A stretch of DNA of 64,000 bases from Ginglymostoma cirratum (GCA_024137785.1 JAHRHZ010000069.1:6041734-6105733); one strand, 5' to 3'; numbered from the stretch's first letter, positions 24,111 to 38,039 are shown. Made by a program: numbers and translations. The notes: generated by a model not told the origin, from the letters alone.

Positions 24111-26057
24111 GACCAAACAATAACTACAGTACTGAGGAGTTTCAACTGAATAAACTTGAAGATGGCTTAAAGAACTCCGTAGGCATTTATAAGACTATTG
24201 CTTGGCTCAATGTGTATGCACATGCTAAACAAATAAATGAAAATATACACAGAGTCTCTGCAAATCAAAGGCATTTCAGCCCCTAGAACTGAAGAGATTG
24301 TGATGATCTGAAGTAAACCTTTACCTTTTTCTAAACTGACATTTGTTTAAAGTAATAGTTGGAACAAAATTGTCCTGAGTGTTTGAAATCCCTTTGAATT
24401 TACAATGCCAAATGTTAATAGAATCCAGGAAAGAAGTCTAATACTCAAAGTGAGCATACACTTCTGAGTTAGTCTGGATGTCAGAAGAAGTTCCATTAAC
24501 TATCCCAGGAAAATGCATTTATGGTGTATAATAAAAAAATCCATAAATTTGATTTGCTTTAATTTGAGTAAATTGACATCAATATTGATTTTTGTTAGTT
24601 CATTAGTGCGATGATCTGTCACTGGTTAATAATCCACAGAGGAAGGAGACACTCGATAATACCTTTTTGTTACTCTGTAACAAATTACAGTAATCATTGT
24701 CCTATTAACTGTCATCATTCATCATCAATGCAAAGCCTGAAACATTTTAATAATGTCCCAAAAGGTAAACATTAACTTTGTAAATTTTCGAACAAATGTG
24801 ATTTCTGGTCAGGCTCCCTCAGTGGACTTCCTTAAAAGTTATAACTGAATCTAAAGTGAGATACATTTTTTTTTTTGGAGCAATGGTACAAATTGCTTCT
24901 TGTAAGTTATGCCTCATTAGAAAACTTTTAATTCCAAATTGTTTCAAAACTTTTTTAACGATCTAGTTTATTAAAATGTTCTAAACTTTAACAACTCTTC
25001 TTTTCTTTTTGTTTCTTTCAACTAGCAATTGTAACAGAAGCAGATGTCTTTTTTAGCCGTATCATGAAGACTTAGCTTAGGCCAGGAATGATTACTTAAT
25101 GCACCTTAACAAATAATTTTGACGGAGCTGCGGAGAGAGTGAAATGTTTATTTTATTCCCTATTTATTATCCATACTCTTGCATCTCTATCACCTTGTAA
25201 GACATTATTTTTCATTTTATGTCATTTTCCAATGCCTGTGTGTCAATTTGCACGAGATTAAAAGGTCTAAATTCAATAAAAAGCTGCTGATATTGATAAT
25301 ATGAATGGTGGTGACTAAGAGACGCGTTTATGCGGCTGTATGTTAAGTAATTTTTGTCAATATAAGTTTTTGAAGCCTCTGCTAGTGTTATCAATTTCAT
25401 GAGAAGTTCATAGACTTGCCGGATGTGCCACTGACTCGTTGGTACTGAGCATAGTGTATACTTGGAGAGTGGGTATGGAATATGCATGGGTGTACAGAAG
25501 GAGCTTAGGACGATGGAAAGGATATGGGGAATATGATGTATATACAGCATGGAAGATATGAGGACTGGGAAATATAGAGGTACGGACGGCATGGGAACAT
25601 GTGTTGTGGATGGGGGAAGGTTGAAAGGTGAAGGTTCCAGTGCCTAACAATCATGGTTACAGTTGAGCCAGTATCCCAAAAAACAGAAGTGACCTTCTAA
25701 TCTGTCAGACTCACTCTCCACTTGCCTCCAAGGCCATTTCAGACCTCACTCTGGAGATGGTGGTCCCATCTCCAACCTATCCTATGGCAGATGGGTGCAT
25801 CCTTAATAGAGATGGATTTATGGGAATTTTATCACCTCTCACTTCCTATTTCCTTCTCAAACATTCAGCCTACAATGCACACAATAGGAGTGTAATTGCT
25901 TTGTGAACAGATTACAATATGCAAGTATCGCACATTTTGATAATGACTGTTTGTTGTCAAATGTGTCCTGTACATTCCTCCAATGTCTTAATTGACATTC
26001 TTAGTGCAAAAAATATATTTGAGTTAATTGAGTGTAGCATAGACCATTAGCATTTTC

Positions 26058-26262
26058 ATAGAATCCCTACAGTGTGGAAGCAGGCCATTTGGCCCATCAA
26101 GTCCACACCGACCCTCTGAAGTACATTCTGCCTAGAACCCCCCCCCCCCCCGCCCACCCTATCCCTGTAACCCCACATTTCACATGCCTAACCCACCCAG
26201 CCTGCACACTATGGACAATTTAGCATGGCCCAAACTACCTAATCTGCACATCTTTGGACTGG
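26058..26262 (-). mobile_element. HE1-type SINE, 3' part
   Basis: CATAGAATCCCTACAGTGTGGAAGCAGGCCATTTGGCCC...AATTTAGCATGGCC...CTGCACATCTTTGGACT. Confidence 0.85.
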
Positions 26263-27026
26263 ACTCTTGTCGTTGTCCATTATGGGTGCATCTCATGTTG
26301 AAAAGCCTTTCAAGCAATTGATAACATTAATTTTTGTCGAACAGGAAAACCAAATAATTGAATGAACAAAAATGGAACATTTGCTTCTAGGAATAAATAG
26401 GCTTTTTTCCTTTCGAACAATAACAAATTTACAGTTCACGAATGATGACCTTACACAGGTCACGTTTATTGGAAATGAGTGTCAATTAAGTTCTGGTTGG
26501 TTTGTGGAGTCCAACCTTGAACCACTCTATTATGCTGAAGGTAATAATCCTCTTGTACAGTGTCCTCATCTTCTTCCTTGGAAGACTGCTGCTACTCTAC
26601 CAGCTCTTCAATGTTCATCACATCATTTCTATGCCTCTCCAGTTGTACGGAGCACAACATGCTAGCATCATGCAGCATATTCTATCTGGAGTGTACCACA
26701 AGGCCCCCAAAACAGACTGATCCAAGCTCATCTTCAGGAGGCTTTTTGGCTACATCATGATAGTCCTGGTCTGTGCTCTGTTTCAGTCAGCGAATTGCCA
26801 GAAGGAGTTGTCATGATTGACTGGGGCAGCACGCTGGAAACCAAGGCCCAAAAATATGAAATGGTCTTTTCCAATTTTTAGACCCAGGTTGATACAAAGC
26901 TTGCTCAGGGTTTCTGTACTTAACAGGATTTAGTATTTGTTACAAATGATTAGACTTTAGCTACAGGTAAGCCATTATAACCTGACAGCATAAAACAATA
27001 TAAATGTAAACTACACACAGATGCCA

Positions 27027-27067
27027 GTGTGTGCATGTGCGCGCACACACACACACACGCACACACA
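27027..27067. repeat. (GT)/(CA)n alternating purine-pyrimidine microsatellite
   Basis: GTGTGTGCATGTGCGCGCACACACACACACACGCACACACA. Confidence 0.9.
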
Positions 27068-27689
27068 TTTCCTCTGCATTTGAACTTGCTGCCTCCAATC
27101 TCCACAGCTGACTTCTCCAACTTTGCCCCACAGCAGTGACCCCTGATAATGCTACTTTGCTTTAAGTCAACAGATCCCCCAAGACTGACCATGTGCCAAA
27201 ACACTGACTGACCATTAGCCCCGAATTGATGTGTGAGCTTCTGGTCAATCCCTGTTAGACCCCAAACTGGTCTCTGTTCAGCTCTCTGACTGACCTCCCG
27301 TTAATCCCTGGACTGGTTACATTGGACCTGCAGAGATGACCATGGCCCATTCCTCGGAATGTCGAAGTAGTGTCCTCCTGACCTGGACCACCCCAAAGCA
27401 GCTGAATGTCCCTGGATTAAGATTGTTCAATGTTTTTGACTGTCTATGGTGGGACCCACTGACTGACAACTGACCCCTGTGAAGGCATCTATGAAAGGCA
27501 TGCAACTCTGTTCAGATTGTTTGGCGATTTCATTGTTCCACACCCAGATTATACAAATATGAGATTGGATGTAGAGTGTGATGGGCAGGTTGCTGGTTAA
27601 AGTAAGTGGGGACCACTTGGAAGAGTCACCAATTCAGCAGAACCTAAGAGAAGAACACTAAAGTTCATTGAAAGTTGCAATAAGAAACG

Positions 27690-28345
27690 ATAGGGTAAAA
27701 GTTAATCTTGCATTCCATATTATCTGCTGAAATTAGATGCGAGCTTTTTGTGATTCAGAGATAAGGACTCCCAAATCCCTCTCTTCTGTAGCTTTCTGTG
27801 GTCTTTCTACATTTTAAATAGTATTCAGCTCCTCTATTCTTACGTTTGTCCACATTATATTCTATTTGCCAATTTGTGCCCACTCACTTAACCCGTCTAC
27901 ATCCTCCTCGAGTCTCTCTGTGTCATTCTCACCATTGTTTTCCAACCTATTTTTGCATCCTACACAAACCTGGCTATAGTACATTCACTGTCCTCATTCA
28001 AGCCAATTGTGTATATTGTAAATAACTATAGACCAGCCTGATCCTTGTGGCACATCAATAGTTCCAGGTTGGCATCCTCCTTATCCCATACGTTTGTCTT
28101 CTATTTGGTAACCAATCATCTAGCCATGCTAATACACTCTCTCCAACACCATGGGCTCTTATCTTATTAAATAGCCTAATGTGTGGCACCTTATCAAACA
28201 TCTTCTGAAAATCCAAATGTATTAAGTCCATTGCTTTCCCTTTATCTATCCTACCTGTTATATCCTCAAAGAACTCTTGTAAATTTATTAGGCATGGTTT
28301 CCTCTTTGTGAAGCCTTGCTGACGTTGTTGTTCATATTCGATATT
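27690..28345 (-). mobile_element. Decayed CR1 RT fragment
   Basis: The reverse complement contains GATGTTTGATAAGGTGCCACAC (FDKVPH) and GTGCCACAAGGATCAGG (VPQGS). Confidence 0.8.
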
Positions 28346-28537
28346 TCTAAGTGCTCTGAAAGAAGCAATACAGCTTTTAAGCCAGCCAGAAAATGGTCAA
28401 GGAAGTCCATTGGTGACAGATAATTCTTTCTTAAAAGGTAGATGTATCAGGACTCATAACTATACTGTATCAACAAATAATAAATCATATCTGTTTGATA
28501 TTCTTTATTTTGCTGAGGATAATTTTTCCTGTGATAG

Positions 28538-29030
28538 CCATAGAGTCATACAGCACAGAAACAGATCCTTTGGTGTAACCAGTCTATACTATAATCCCAA
28601 GCTAAACTAGACCCACCTGCCCACAATTAGCTCATATCCCTCCACACAGCTTATTCATGCACTTATCTAAATGTCTTTTAAATGTTGTGATTGTACCCAC
28701 ATCCACCATTTCCTCAGGAAATTCATTCCACATGCATACTACCTTCTGTGTCAAAAAAAAAAATTGTCCCTCATGTCTTTTTAAAACCTTTCCCTTCTCA
28801 CCTTAAAAATGTGCCCCCATTCTAGGGAAAAGACAAGTACCATGAACTCTATCTACACCCCTCATTATTTTATAAACTTCTATAAGGTAGCCTCTTGATG
28901 TCCTATGCTCCTTTAAGAACATTACCAGCCTATCCAGCCTTTCTTGATAACTCAAACACTCCATAACTGGCAGCATTTTGCTAAATCTCTTCTGCATCCT
29001 CTCCAGTTTAATATCTTTCCTATAACAGAT
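28538..29030 (-). mobile_element. CR1 (HER1-type) 3' fragment
   Basis: ORF 28803-28997 QKRFSKMLP...RGYLIEVYKIMRGVDRV, with the CATAGAGTCATACAGC tail. Confidence 0.9.
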
Positions 29031-29799
29031 TGTAAGAAATCAGCCAGCACATCCCCATCTTTGCAGGTTGAATTTAATTTCCATTGCCCCCCTTCCTGTC
29101 ATCTATAGATGTGTAAGAGATAGAGACGCATTCAGTCAAAAATTTTATTTTTGCCGGAATAGATTATTTCTTCTGATCAATATTAATGCATTGGTTTCAA
29201 AATGGGCACAACTGTTATGAAGAACACTGGCAAATAATCAGCTTGTGCTTCAAGTATGAAACAATTGCAATTAGCTGTTATCATGAAGTGCTCTAGTTTG
29301 GAGACTGTGTCATCAAAGTTTAATGTATGTTCTATTTCAAAATCCTCAAAGGAGAGATAATAGTTTTCACGACCAACTGTTATATGCAAAAAAAACCAAC
29401 TTCAATCTTCTTAGCAGTCAAACTGAATGGTTTACGTTAATTCATATAATTAAGTGATCTCTTTGGGCACGAACAAGAGATTTATTACGAGCAGAGTTAA
29501 TAACGTATGTGGTGAATAATAGGGGCAGTACTTTTAAACAATGTTTAATTTATTAGTTAGCATGTAGGCTGTGAGGAATGTTATTTCAATGAAAGTGGTA
29601 ATCACTTATTCCAAACCCTTTCTTGTATTAGATCACCAAAATATTCAATTTGCATGTTTGCAAATGTAGTCTTAAGATATGATAATTGAGAATCTAATCG
29701 AAAAAGAAATTAAATTGAAAAGTATTCTGGTAAACTATAAAATGCATCTTACAATTGTGGCCTTTGACTGACTTAATTTAGCAGGTCTGAAATTTGGAT

Positions 29800-30133
29800 T
29801 TTATTCATTTACAGGATGTGAGCGCCACTGACTAGGTGAGCATTTATTGCCCATCCCTAATTGCTCAGAGGGCAGTTAAGAGTCAAACACATTGCAGTAG
29901 ATCAGGAGTCACATGTTGGTCAGACCAGGTAAGGATGGTTCTATTGAACCAGATGGGTTTCCTACGACAATTAACAATAAATCCATGGTCATCATTAGAC
30001 TTTTAATTCCAGATTTATACTGAATTCAAATTCCACCATCTGCTGTGGTGGGATTCGAACCCGGGCCCCCTAAATTTACTTGAGTCTCTGGATTAACAAT
30101 ATAGCAATAATACCACTAGGCCATTGCCTCCCA
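29800..30133 (-). mobile_element. Full-length tRNA-derived SINE with an L2-like LINE tail
   Basis: On the minus strand: A box TGGCCTAGTGG and B box GGTTCGAATCC. The 3' end matches the LINE tail at 7920-7990. Confidence 0.85.
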
Positions 30134-31254
30134 AATAAATCCTTCAAAACTGAAGCTAAAAGAAGGTAGCAAAATACAGTATACATTTTTCTGTAACAGC
30201 TAATGTGGATAAAAAGATCTATTCACTGGGTACCTGCAGCTATTGCTTAAAGGTGCCTCTTAAATTTCTGCAGTGTTCCTCAGTTAATTTCCAAAAGTGT
30301 CCTCTTCACTGGCATTACTCTTCTCTCCCCTTCAGATGCAGTTTTAAGACTTCACTGGATTGGGTCTTCAGTTTATGCCCAATTCAAAGGCTTGGGCATC
30401 TTGGGAGCATCCAATTAAGTCAAGAATGGAGTTTACTGGTAGGCAAATGCATTTCCATTCTCCATGCTTTTTGTCCTGAGGGACAGTGTAAGATTAAACA
30501 CAGCACTTTGCTGAGTATTTTCTACCTGTTGCATAATTAGAATGGCACATTTAGAGTTTTAAAAAGCACAGATAAATCAATAACAGTCAGAAAAGAATTG
30601 CTAACAGAATGTCACATCAAACTAATCTGATTGAATGGTGGTTTAAATTAAAATCCAGGGGTTATGGGAATGAGGACCTAATGTTGGAGAGGAAAATCAA
30701 GGTAAACAGGGAATTGAGAAGGACACTTGAACGGGAATAAGGTGCTAGGATGTCTTAGAAATGTGAAAGACAAAATTTATTTGTAAAGTGCCATGAAGCA
30801 ACAAAGGTACTGCATTACTGAGTGTATTCTGTCGGCCACCACTTAATGGGAAGGATATGGAGGAAGATTGTTTCAAGGAAATTTAAGAGAAATGGAGGTA
30901 TGGTAATGTTGCTATAACAGGGAATGTCATGGTCTTCACTGTGCTTGGTTGGTTTAGCCTGGCTGTTGGCTCAGAGAAAAAAAATGTAAATAATCTGTAA
31001 AAAGAGATGAAAGTTGGAGGTGAAGACATTTTAAAACATCATGACAAAACCTGTTGCTCACATAGAAGTGTTGTTTTCAGCACAGCCCTGAGATAGAAAA
31101 TATACAACATGGATGACAGAAGAGCTTGAGAATAAGATGAACCAGAAAAGCACTGTATATGACAGATGTCAGGTAGACAATACCATTGAGAACCATGTTG
31201 AGCCATTACCATAATGATACCATCTATACTAGGTGCAGAAGCATGCCATGATGA

Positions 31255-31695
31255 TCGAAGGGCTCAGTGGTTAGCACTGCTGCCTCACAGTGCCAGGGGC
31301 CTGAGTTTGATTCTACCCTTGGGTGGTTGCCTGTGTGGAGTTTGCACATACTCCCTGCATCTGCTTGAGTTTCCTTTGGATGCTTCAGTTTCCTCCCACA
31401 GCCCAAAAATGTGCAGGTTAGGTGGATTGGCCATGCTAAATTGCTCCATAGTGCCCAGTGATGTGCAGGCTGGGATCTGCCTGGACTGCATGCAAAACAA
31501 AACTTTTCACTGTCGAGGTATATGTGACAATAATAAATCAAATCAAAAAAGGCTGGGTGGATTAGCCGTGGGAAATGCAAGGTATGGGGATAGGGTAAAG
31601 GTGTGGGTCAGGGTGGGATGCTGTTTGAACAGTTGATGTGGATTTGATGGGCCAAATGGCCTGCTTTCACACTGCAGGGATTCTGTGACTGTATG
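31255..31695 (+). mobile_element. HE1-type SINE, near full length, with an internal ~75-bp insert (about 31475-31550)
   Basis: GGCTCAGTGGTTAGCACTGCTGCCTCACAG head, TGTGTGGAGTTTGCACA, GGATTGGCCATGCTAAATTG and a CR1-derived tail. Confidence 0.9.
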
Positions 31696-31739
31696 TTTAG
31701 AGAATTGCAATAGTTACACTTCTGATCAAAAATGGATAT

Positions 31740-32327
31740 AAGAGTAAATCCTGCAATTATAAACCAGCCAATTCAACATAGTTATTGGGAAAGCTGTAAG
31801 AGATTATAATTTGGGCCAATATTCATATTTGTTGGGCAAATCTGGATTAATTAAGGAAACCCAGCAAACATTTGTAATAAGGGAAGTTGTGTTTAAATAG
31901 TTTGAATTTTTTTGATAAGGTGACAAAGAGAACTAATTAAGGTAACATGGTTGATAGTGCATGGATTTCCAAAAGGCATTTGATAAAGTGCCGTAATAAA
32001 ACAGATGGTAGCAACATAGATTCAAATTTGGTAGAGTGATAGAGGCAGAGGTTGGTGGTGAGTGATTTGCTTTTTGGACCGGAGGAGAACTTTTGGCGTG
32101 GTTTCCTAGCGTACAGCCAGAGTACAACCATTGATTTTTCTTGATTCATTTATGATCTAGATTTGCATCAAATTCAATATTTGTAGATGACATAAGACTG
32201 GGAAGTATTGTAAACTATGAAGTACATGGTGATAGGCTTCAAAGGACAGAAACAGGCTGGTGGAATAGCAGGGCAAGTAGCATATGAAATTTAGTGCAGA
32301 GAAGTGTGAAGGGATTAATTTTGGAAT
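31740..32327 (+). mobile_element. Old CR1 RT fragment
   Basis: ATGGATTTCCAAAAGGCATTTGATAAAGTGCC (MDFQKAFDKV) and TTTGTAGATGACATAAGA (FVDD). Confidence 0.8.
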
Positions 32328-33200
32328 CATAGTTATTCAGCACAGAAAAGGCCCTCCATCCCATCCAATCTGTGCCGAGCTATCTACATTAATTCCATGT
32401 TCCAGCACTTAGCTTTGTTGTGCTATTTCAAGCACTCATTCATGACTTTTTTAAAGTTTGAGAAAGCATCTGGTACTCTCCCAGCAGTGCATTCCAGATC
32501 CTCACCACCCTCTGGGTAAAATGATCGTTATTATTCAAAATGATCAGTTATTATTCTCCTCTAAACCCTTGCCTTTCTTCTTAAAATTATGGCCCCTTGT
32601 TATTGACCCTTCAACTAAGGGGAACTGCTGCTCCCTTTCCACCCTGCCAATGCCCCTCATAATCTTATACACCTCAATCTGGACTCCACTCAGCCTTCTC
32701 CTCTCTGAAGAAAACACTCTGAGCCTATCCAGGCTTCCTTCATAGCTAACCCACTCCGAAACAGGCAACATCCTGCACCACTCCAGTGCAATCACATCGT
32801 TCCTATAGTGCAGAGACCAAGGCTGCACACATCTGTGTCCTAACTAAAGTTTAGTATAGCTCCAACATCACCTCTGCTCTTATAACCTCTGCCACAAATG
32901 ACAAAGTCAAATGCCCCATGTACCTTCTTAATCACCCCAGCTGCCTTCAGGGATCTGTGAACAAGCACCCCAATATCCCTCTATTCCTCCGAGTTTCCTA
33001 GTGTCCTGCTGTTTGTTTACTCCTTTGTCTTGTTACTTTTTCCAAAATGCAATACCTCGTGCTTTACAGGGATACTACTCATCTACCATTTGAACAACCA
33101 ATTCTTCCTCAATATTAACCACCCGAATAATCTTTGTGCTCTCTGTTAACGTGCTTATCAGCAGACACACATTCCCATCTATATCATTTATACATATGTT
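32328..33200 (-). mobile_element. CR1 3' portion inserted antisense into the older CR1
   Basis: ORF 32544-32828 ERRRLSGVQIEVYKIMRGIGRV...GSITRGH. The + strand CR1 resumes at about 33205. Confidence 0.85.
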
Positions 33201-33204
33201 GGTA

Positions 33205-33905
33205 GAAAATATGATGAGAGGCAATATACAAGGTGAAGGATACATTTCAAAAAAGGGTGCAGGAGCAGATGGACCATAGGGTATATGCATATAAATCATT
33301 GAGGGTGACAGGGCTGGTTGAGAAAATGGGGAATAAAGCACGAAAGATCTTTATAAATATGGGAAGAGGGTACAAAATGAGAAGGTATGAAAAACCCATA
33401 TCAAACTCTGGCTTCACGTCAACTTGAATATTGTGAATGATTCTGGGCACCATACTCTGAAAGGCTATGAAAGCCAAGAGACCGGGTGTACAGGACATTT
33501 ACAATTATGTTCCAGAGATGACAGACTTCAATTGTATCGATGGATTGGGAAAACTGTGGCTGTCTTCTCCAGAGAAAAGAAGATTTAAAAAAAAGACTTG
33601 ATAGAGGTGTTGAAAATCCATGAGGCTTCTGGTCAGAATTGACAGCGATATATGTTCCCGTTGGTGGGGTTGAGGAGAATGAAAGAATACTGATTTAAGG
33701 TGAATAGAGAAAGAAGCAACGGTAATGTGAGGAAAAACTTTTTCACGCAGTGAACGGTTAGGGCCTGGAATGCAAATTCGAACATGTGCTGGAGGCAGAT
33801 TCCTTTCAGGCCTTCAAAAGAGAATTGGATAATTATCTGGAGAGGAAAGGTTTTCGGGGCTACGGCAAAAAGATGGGAAAGGACGGCAAAAATTGTTTAC
33901 TCTTG
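33205..33905 (+). mobile_element. Continuation (3' part) of the old CR1 at 31740-32327
   Basis: CTTGAATATTGTG...TTCTGGGCACC, GACTTGATAGAGGTG and TTTTTCACGCAG...TGGAATGC. Confidence 0.75.
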
Positions 33906-34194
33906 TAGGCCTCCTGCATGAGCACCCTAAGCAAATGTAACAGCTGGTATCGTGTCCTGCTACCTAAAGAGACAACAGGGAGTGCATTTGACAGGATCAT
34001 GGCCGATCTGATTTTGACTTCAACTCCACTTTCCTGTCTAATCCTTAAACCCCTTTGACTCCTTTGTCAATCAAGAATCTATCTAAAATAAAACGAAAAC
34101 AAAATCTGTGGGGCCAGAAAACCCCCTGAGCATCATATGCATCTCCCAATGCCTGTAATTTTTCGAGTTGTGATTTGCAAAATTCTGTCCTGTG

Positions 34195-34862
34195 ATCCAC
34201 TGAATTTTTTGAGGAGGTGACAAGCAGGGTCAGTGAGCATGCATTCGATATAATAATGATAGCGGTGTCCTGCCCAAGTTCCTTGGTTCAGCCTCACCAT
34301 GACTTGAGGTCTTGTAATTCAGCTACTTGTAAGATCCTCCCATTTACAATTTAGCTTGGAAGTAATCATATGATGTAATCAACAAGACTTCTAGCAAAGC
34401 TTTCGATCAGATCCAAGATGGAAGAATGGTCATAAGAGTAGAACCCTATAGGATTCAAAACAAAGTGCCAACTTGGGTCCAAAATTGGCTCAGGAGCTGG
34501 ATGAGGTTTTTGGGGTTTTCTATGATGGAAAGGCTTCCAGTGGGATTCCAAAAAAACGCAGTCCTCGGTACCCCATTTTTCTTTTAACAATGTACATTTT
34601 CAATGATTTGGACTCAACTGGAGGGAGTAATGAAAATGAAATTGTAGACCGTGGGAAGGTAACAGTGGACTGGTCAGGGTGAATGGAATATTGACAGATG
34701 AAGTTCAGGCTGGAGGGATGTCAGGTAATGCACTTGAGAAAGACTAAAACAACAAGGGAATGGTTGGATACCGGCAAGTGTTGAGGAAAAGATAAGACCT
34801 TGGAATCCATGCCTACAGATTGCTGAAGGTAGCAGCTGAGGCAGATAGTTGGTCAAGGAGGC
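34195..34862 (+). mobile_element. Degenerate CR1 RT fragments
   Basis: GAATTTTTTGAGGAGGTGACAAG (EFFEEVT) and SSGIPKKR..LG (GVPQ-like). Confidence 0.6.
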
Positions 34863-34864
34863 CA

Positions 34865-37800
34865 TAAGATCATAAATAGGAACAGAGACTAGGCCATCCA
34901 GCCCCTCTGCTATTCAACAGGATTATGGCTGATTTGACATTCCTCACATCCACTTTCCTGCTATTTCCCTATAATCCTTGATTTCCCAGATGAACAAGAA
35001 TCTATCTGCTTCAGCCTTAAGTACACATGCTCTCTGTGGCAAGCATTTACAACCCTCTGAGTGAAGAAATTCCTCCTCACCTCATTTTCAAATTGATGCC
35101 ACTTAATTCTGAGACTGTGCCCACTGGTCCTAGACTCTCCCAGGAGGGGAAGCATCTACCCTGCCAAGTTCATTAAGGATTTGATATGTTTCAATGAGAT
35201 CATCTCTCATTCTTTTAAACTCCAGTGAGTAGAATCCCAAACCAATTAACCTTTGCTCATAAGACAATCCTTCCATACCAGGGATCATCTGAGAGTACGT
35301 CCTCTGAACTGTCTTCAATGAAATTATATCTTTCCTTAAATAAGGGGACCAAAACTGCTCATTGTACTCCAGATGTGGTCTCTCCGGCAACTTTTACAGA
35401 TGCAGTAAGACTTCCCTACTCTTAAACTGCACCCCCCTTGAACTGAGGGTCAACATTCCATTAGCCTCCCTGATTACCTGCTGCACCCCTGTGCTAGCTT
35501 TCAGTATTTCATACACAAATGTCCCAAAGTCCCTTTGTGTTTCTAGTATTCTGCAGTTTTTCTCAATTTAAATGATATTCAGTTATTCGGAGTGTAGCGA
35601 ATTTGTCAGATGACCTCACGAAGGGGCTACACTGTAAAAGCTTGCGTTTTCAAATAAACTTGTTGGACTATAATCTGGTGTTGTGTGACCTTGTCCACCC
35701 CAGTCCAAAACTGGCATCTTCACATGCTAAAAATAATATGCTGTATTTTGTTCTACCTTCCAAAAAGAACAACTTCACGTTATCCCACATTTTACACTCC
35801 ATTTGCCAACTTTTTGCCAACTTACTCAATCTATCAATATCTCTCTGTAATCTGTTTGTGTTCCTCTCACAGCCTGCCTTTTCACCTATTTTTGTGTTGT
35901 CTGGAAATTCAGATCCACAACGTTCGCTTCCTTCCTCCACATCAGTAATATATATTGTAAACAGTTGTGGTCACAGTGCTGATTCCTATGAAACCTCACT
36001 TGTCACAGGTCATCAACCTGAAAAAGAACTCCTTATCCCCACTTGCTGTTTCCTGCCCATGAGCCAATTGTCTATCCATGCCAATATGCTATCTCTGACA
36101 CCGTGGGCTCTTATCTTATGACATAACCTTTTGTAAGGTATCTTGATGAATGTCTTCTGGGAGTCCAATACAACTCGTCTACTAATTTCCCTCTATCCAC
36201 TCTGGTTGAGAGTTCCTTGAAAAGCTCTAATAAATTGGGGTCAGATATGATTTTCCTTTTATGAAGCTGTGCTAGCTCTGCCTGTTTAGATTAGGATTTT
36301 CCATATGTTCTGTTATTGCTTCCTTTAAGAATTGATTCCAATACTTCCTAGCAATAGACGTTAGGCTAATCGGCCTATAGTTACCTGCTTTTTGTTTCCC
36401 TCCCTTTTTGAATAGGAAGTCAGATTAGCAATTTTCCAATCCTCTGGTACTTTTCTAGAATCCGATGGTTTTTGGAAACTTATAACAAATGCACCCACTA
36501 TTTCTGTAACTACCTCTCTTAGGATCCAAGCCATCAGGGCCTGGGGACTTACCTGCCTTTAGCCCCATTGGTATGCTTAATTCTACTTCTTTAGTGATGG
36601 TGATAATTATTCCTCTGCTGTATTCTTTAGTATTATTGGAACTATCTTCTGTTAAGTGTCTTCCACCATAAAGACTGATGCAAACTATCTCTTTAATTCC
36701 TCTATTCCCCAAATACATCTTCCCAGGCACATTTTCTAAGGGACCTATGTTCACTTTGACCTCTCTCTTCCTTTTTGTATATTTAAAGCTCTTAGTGTAA
36801 GTTTTTATATTCCTCAATTGTTGACATTGTAGTTTATTTTCTCTGTCTTTATTATCTTTTTAGTCTCCTTTGCTGGATTCTGAATTTATCCCAGCTTTTG
36901 GGGCTATCACTGACTTTGGCCTCCTTCTATGCTTTTTGTTTCAATTTAATATTCTCCTTAACTCCCTTGGTTAGCCACAATAGTTATCCTGTTCTTAGAA
37001 TTTGCTGAGAGTCATGAATTGCCTCCTTAAATGTCTGCCACTGCTTGCTTACTGTCATTCCTGCTAATCTATCTACTCAGTTCACTTTAACTCTATCGTC
37101 ATTTCATTGTAATTCCCTTTATTTAATTAAGTTAATCTCATTGGTTTCTGACCCAGGTTTCTCACTCTTGAACTGAGTCTTAAATTCTATCATGTTATGA
37201 TCACTGCCTCTCAGGGGAAATTTTACTCAGGGATCATTTATTAAACCTGTCTCATTACACATTACTAGATCCAAGATAGCCTGCTCCCTGGTTGGCTTCA
37301 TGTCATTTGCTGTAGAAAACTATCCCCGATGCACTGTATGAATCATGTTATAGCTCCCCTTTCCAATTTGATTAGCCCAATCAACATGAAGATTAAAGTC
37401 ACCTATAATTATTGCTCTATTCCTTTTACATGCCTGTATTATTTGTTGATTTATTGCCATTCCCACCGAGTGGCTACTCTTGGGATTCTGTACACTACTC
37501 CTATCAATGTCATCTTTCCCTCGCTATTTTTTCCTACCTGTGCCCAAATGAGCTGTACATCATCCAAGCCTAGATCATCTCTCATAAATGTTCTCATTTC
37601 ATTTCTTATTAACAGTGCTACTCCACCACTTTTTCCCTCTGTTCTCTCTCTCTGAATGGTCAAATATACTGAATGTTAAGTTCCCAGTTGGGGTCTCCTT
37701 GTGACTATGTTTCGATGATGGCTTTGACATCTTATTGGCTTTTGTCATTAATGCACGTGGCATGTTGGGTGACTTATAAAACTTTTCACAGTGTTTTTCA

Positions 37801-37935
37801 TGTAAAAGTACACATGGCAGTATATTTCTATTCTATTCTATTCGTCTACCATGATTAATGCCATCAGTTCATCTGCCTTATCCTGAATGCTTTGTGCATT
37901 AAGATACAAAGTCTTTAAATTTGTTGTATTATTGA
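34865..37935 (-). mobile_element. Near-complete CR1 ORF2 relic (endonuclease + RT + 3'UTR)
   Basis: On the minus strand: LYLNAQSIQDKADEL (about 37865-37915), GKSGGVALLI...LIGVVYRIP (APE), KSPGPDG, FPDNTKIG, HLEYNEQFWSPYLRKDI...RMRDDLIETY and the 3' tail. Confidence 0.92.
35590..35725 (+). mobile_element. Penelope pLTR tail with decayed HHR, inserted in CR1
   Basis: CCTCACGAAGGGGCTACACTGTAAAAGCTTGCGTTTTCAAATAAACTTGTTGGACTATAATCTGGTGTTGTGTGA is homologous to 51071-51150. Confidence 0.8.
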
Positions 37936-38039
37936 ATCTCCCTACACTTTTATGGATCCCTGGTATAACATATACAATGTGAGACATTAGGAACTGGCCA
38001 CCCTGCTGTTAAAAGCTAGACACTCCAGGAAAACAACAT

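Noticed and set aside
25212-25650. Minus-strand ORFs of 126 and 80 aa
   Set aside because: They come from a low-complexity purine/ATGG-rich tract.
30040-30133. tRNA gene
   Set aside because: The A and B boxes belong to a SINE head; there is no cloverleaf, and the sequence continues into the SINE body.
31214-31636. 140-aa ORF (also 52223-52618)
   Set aside because: Both lie within HE1-type SINEs and are chance open frames.
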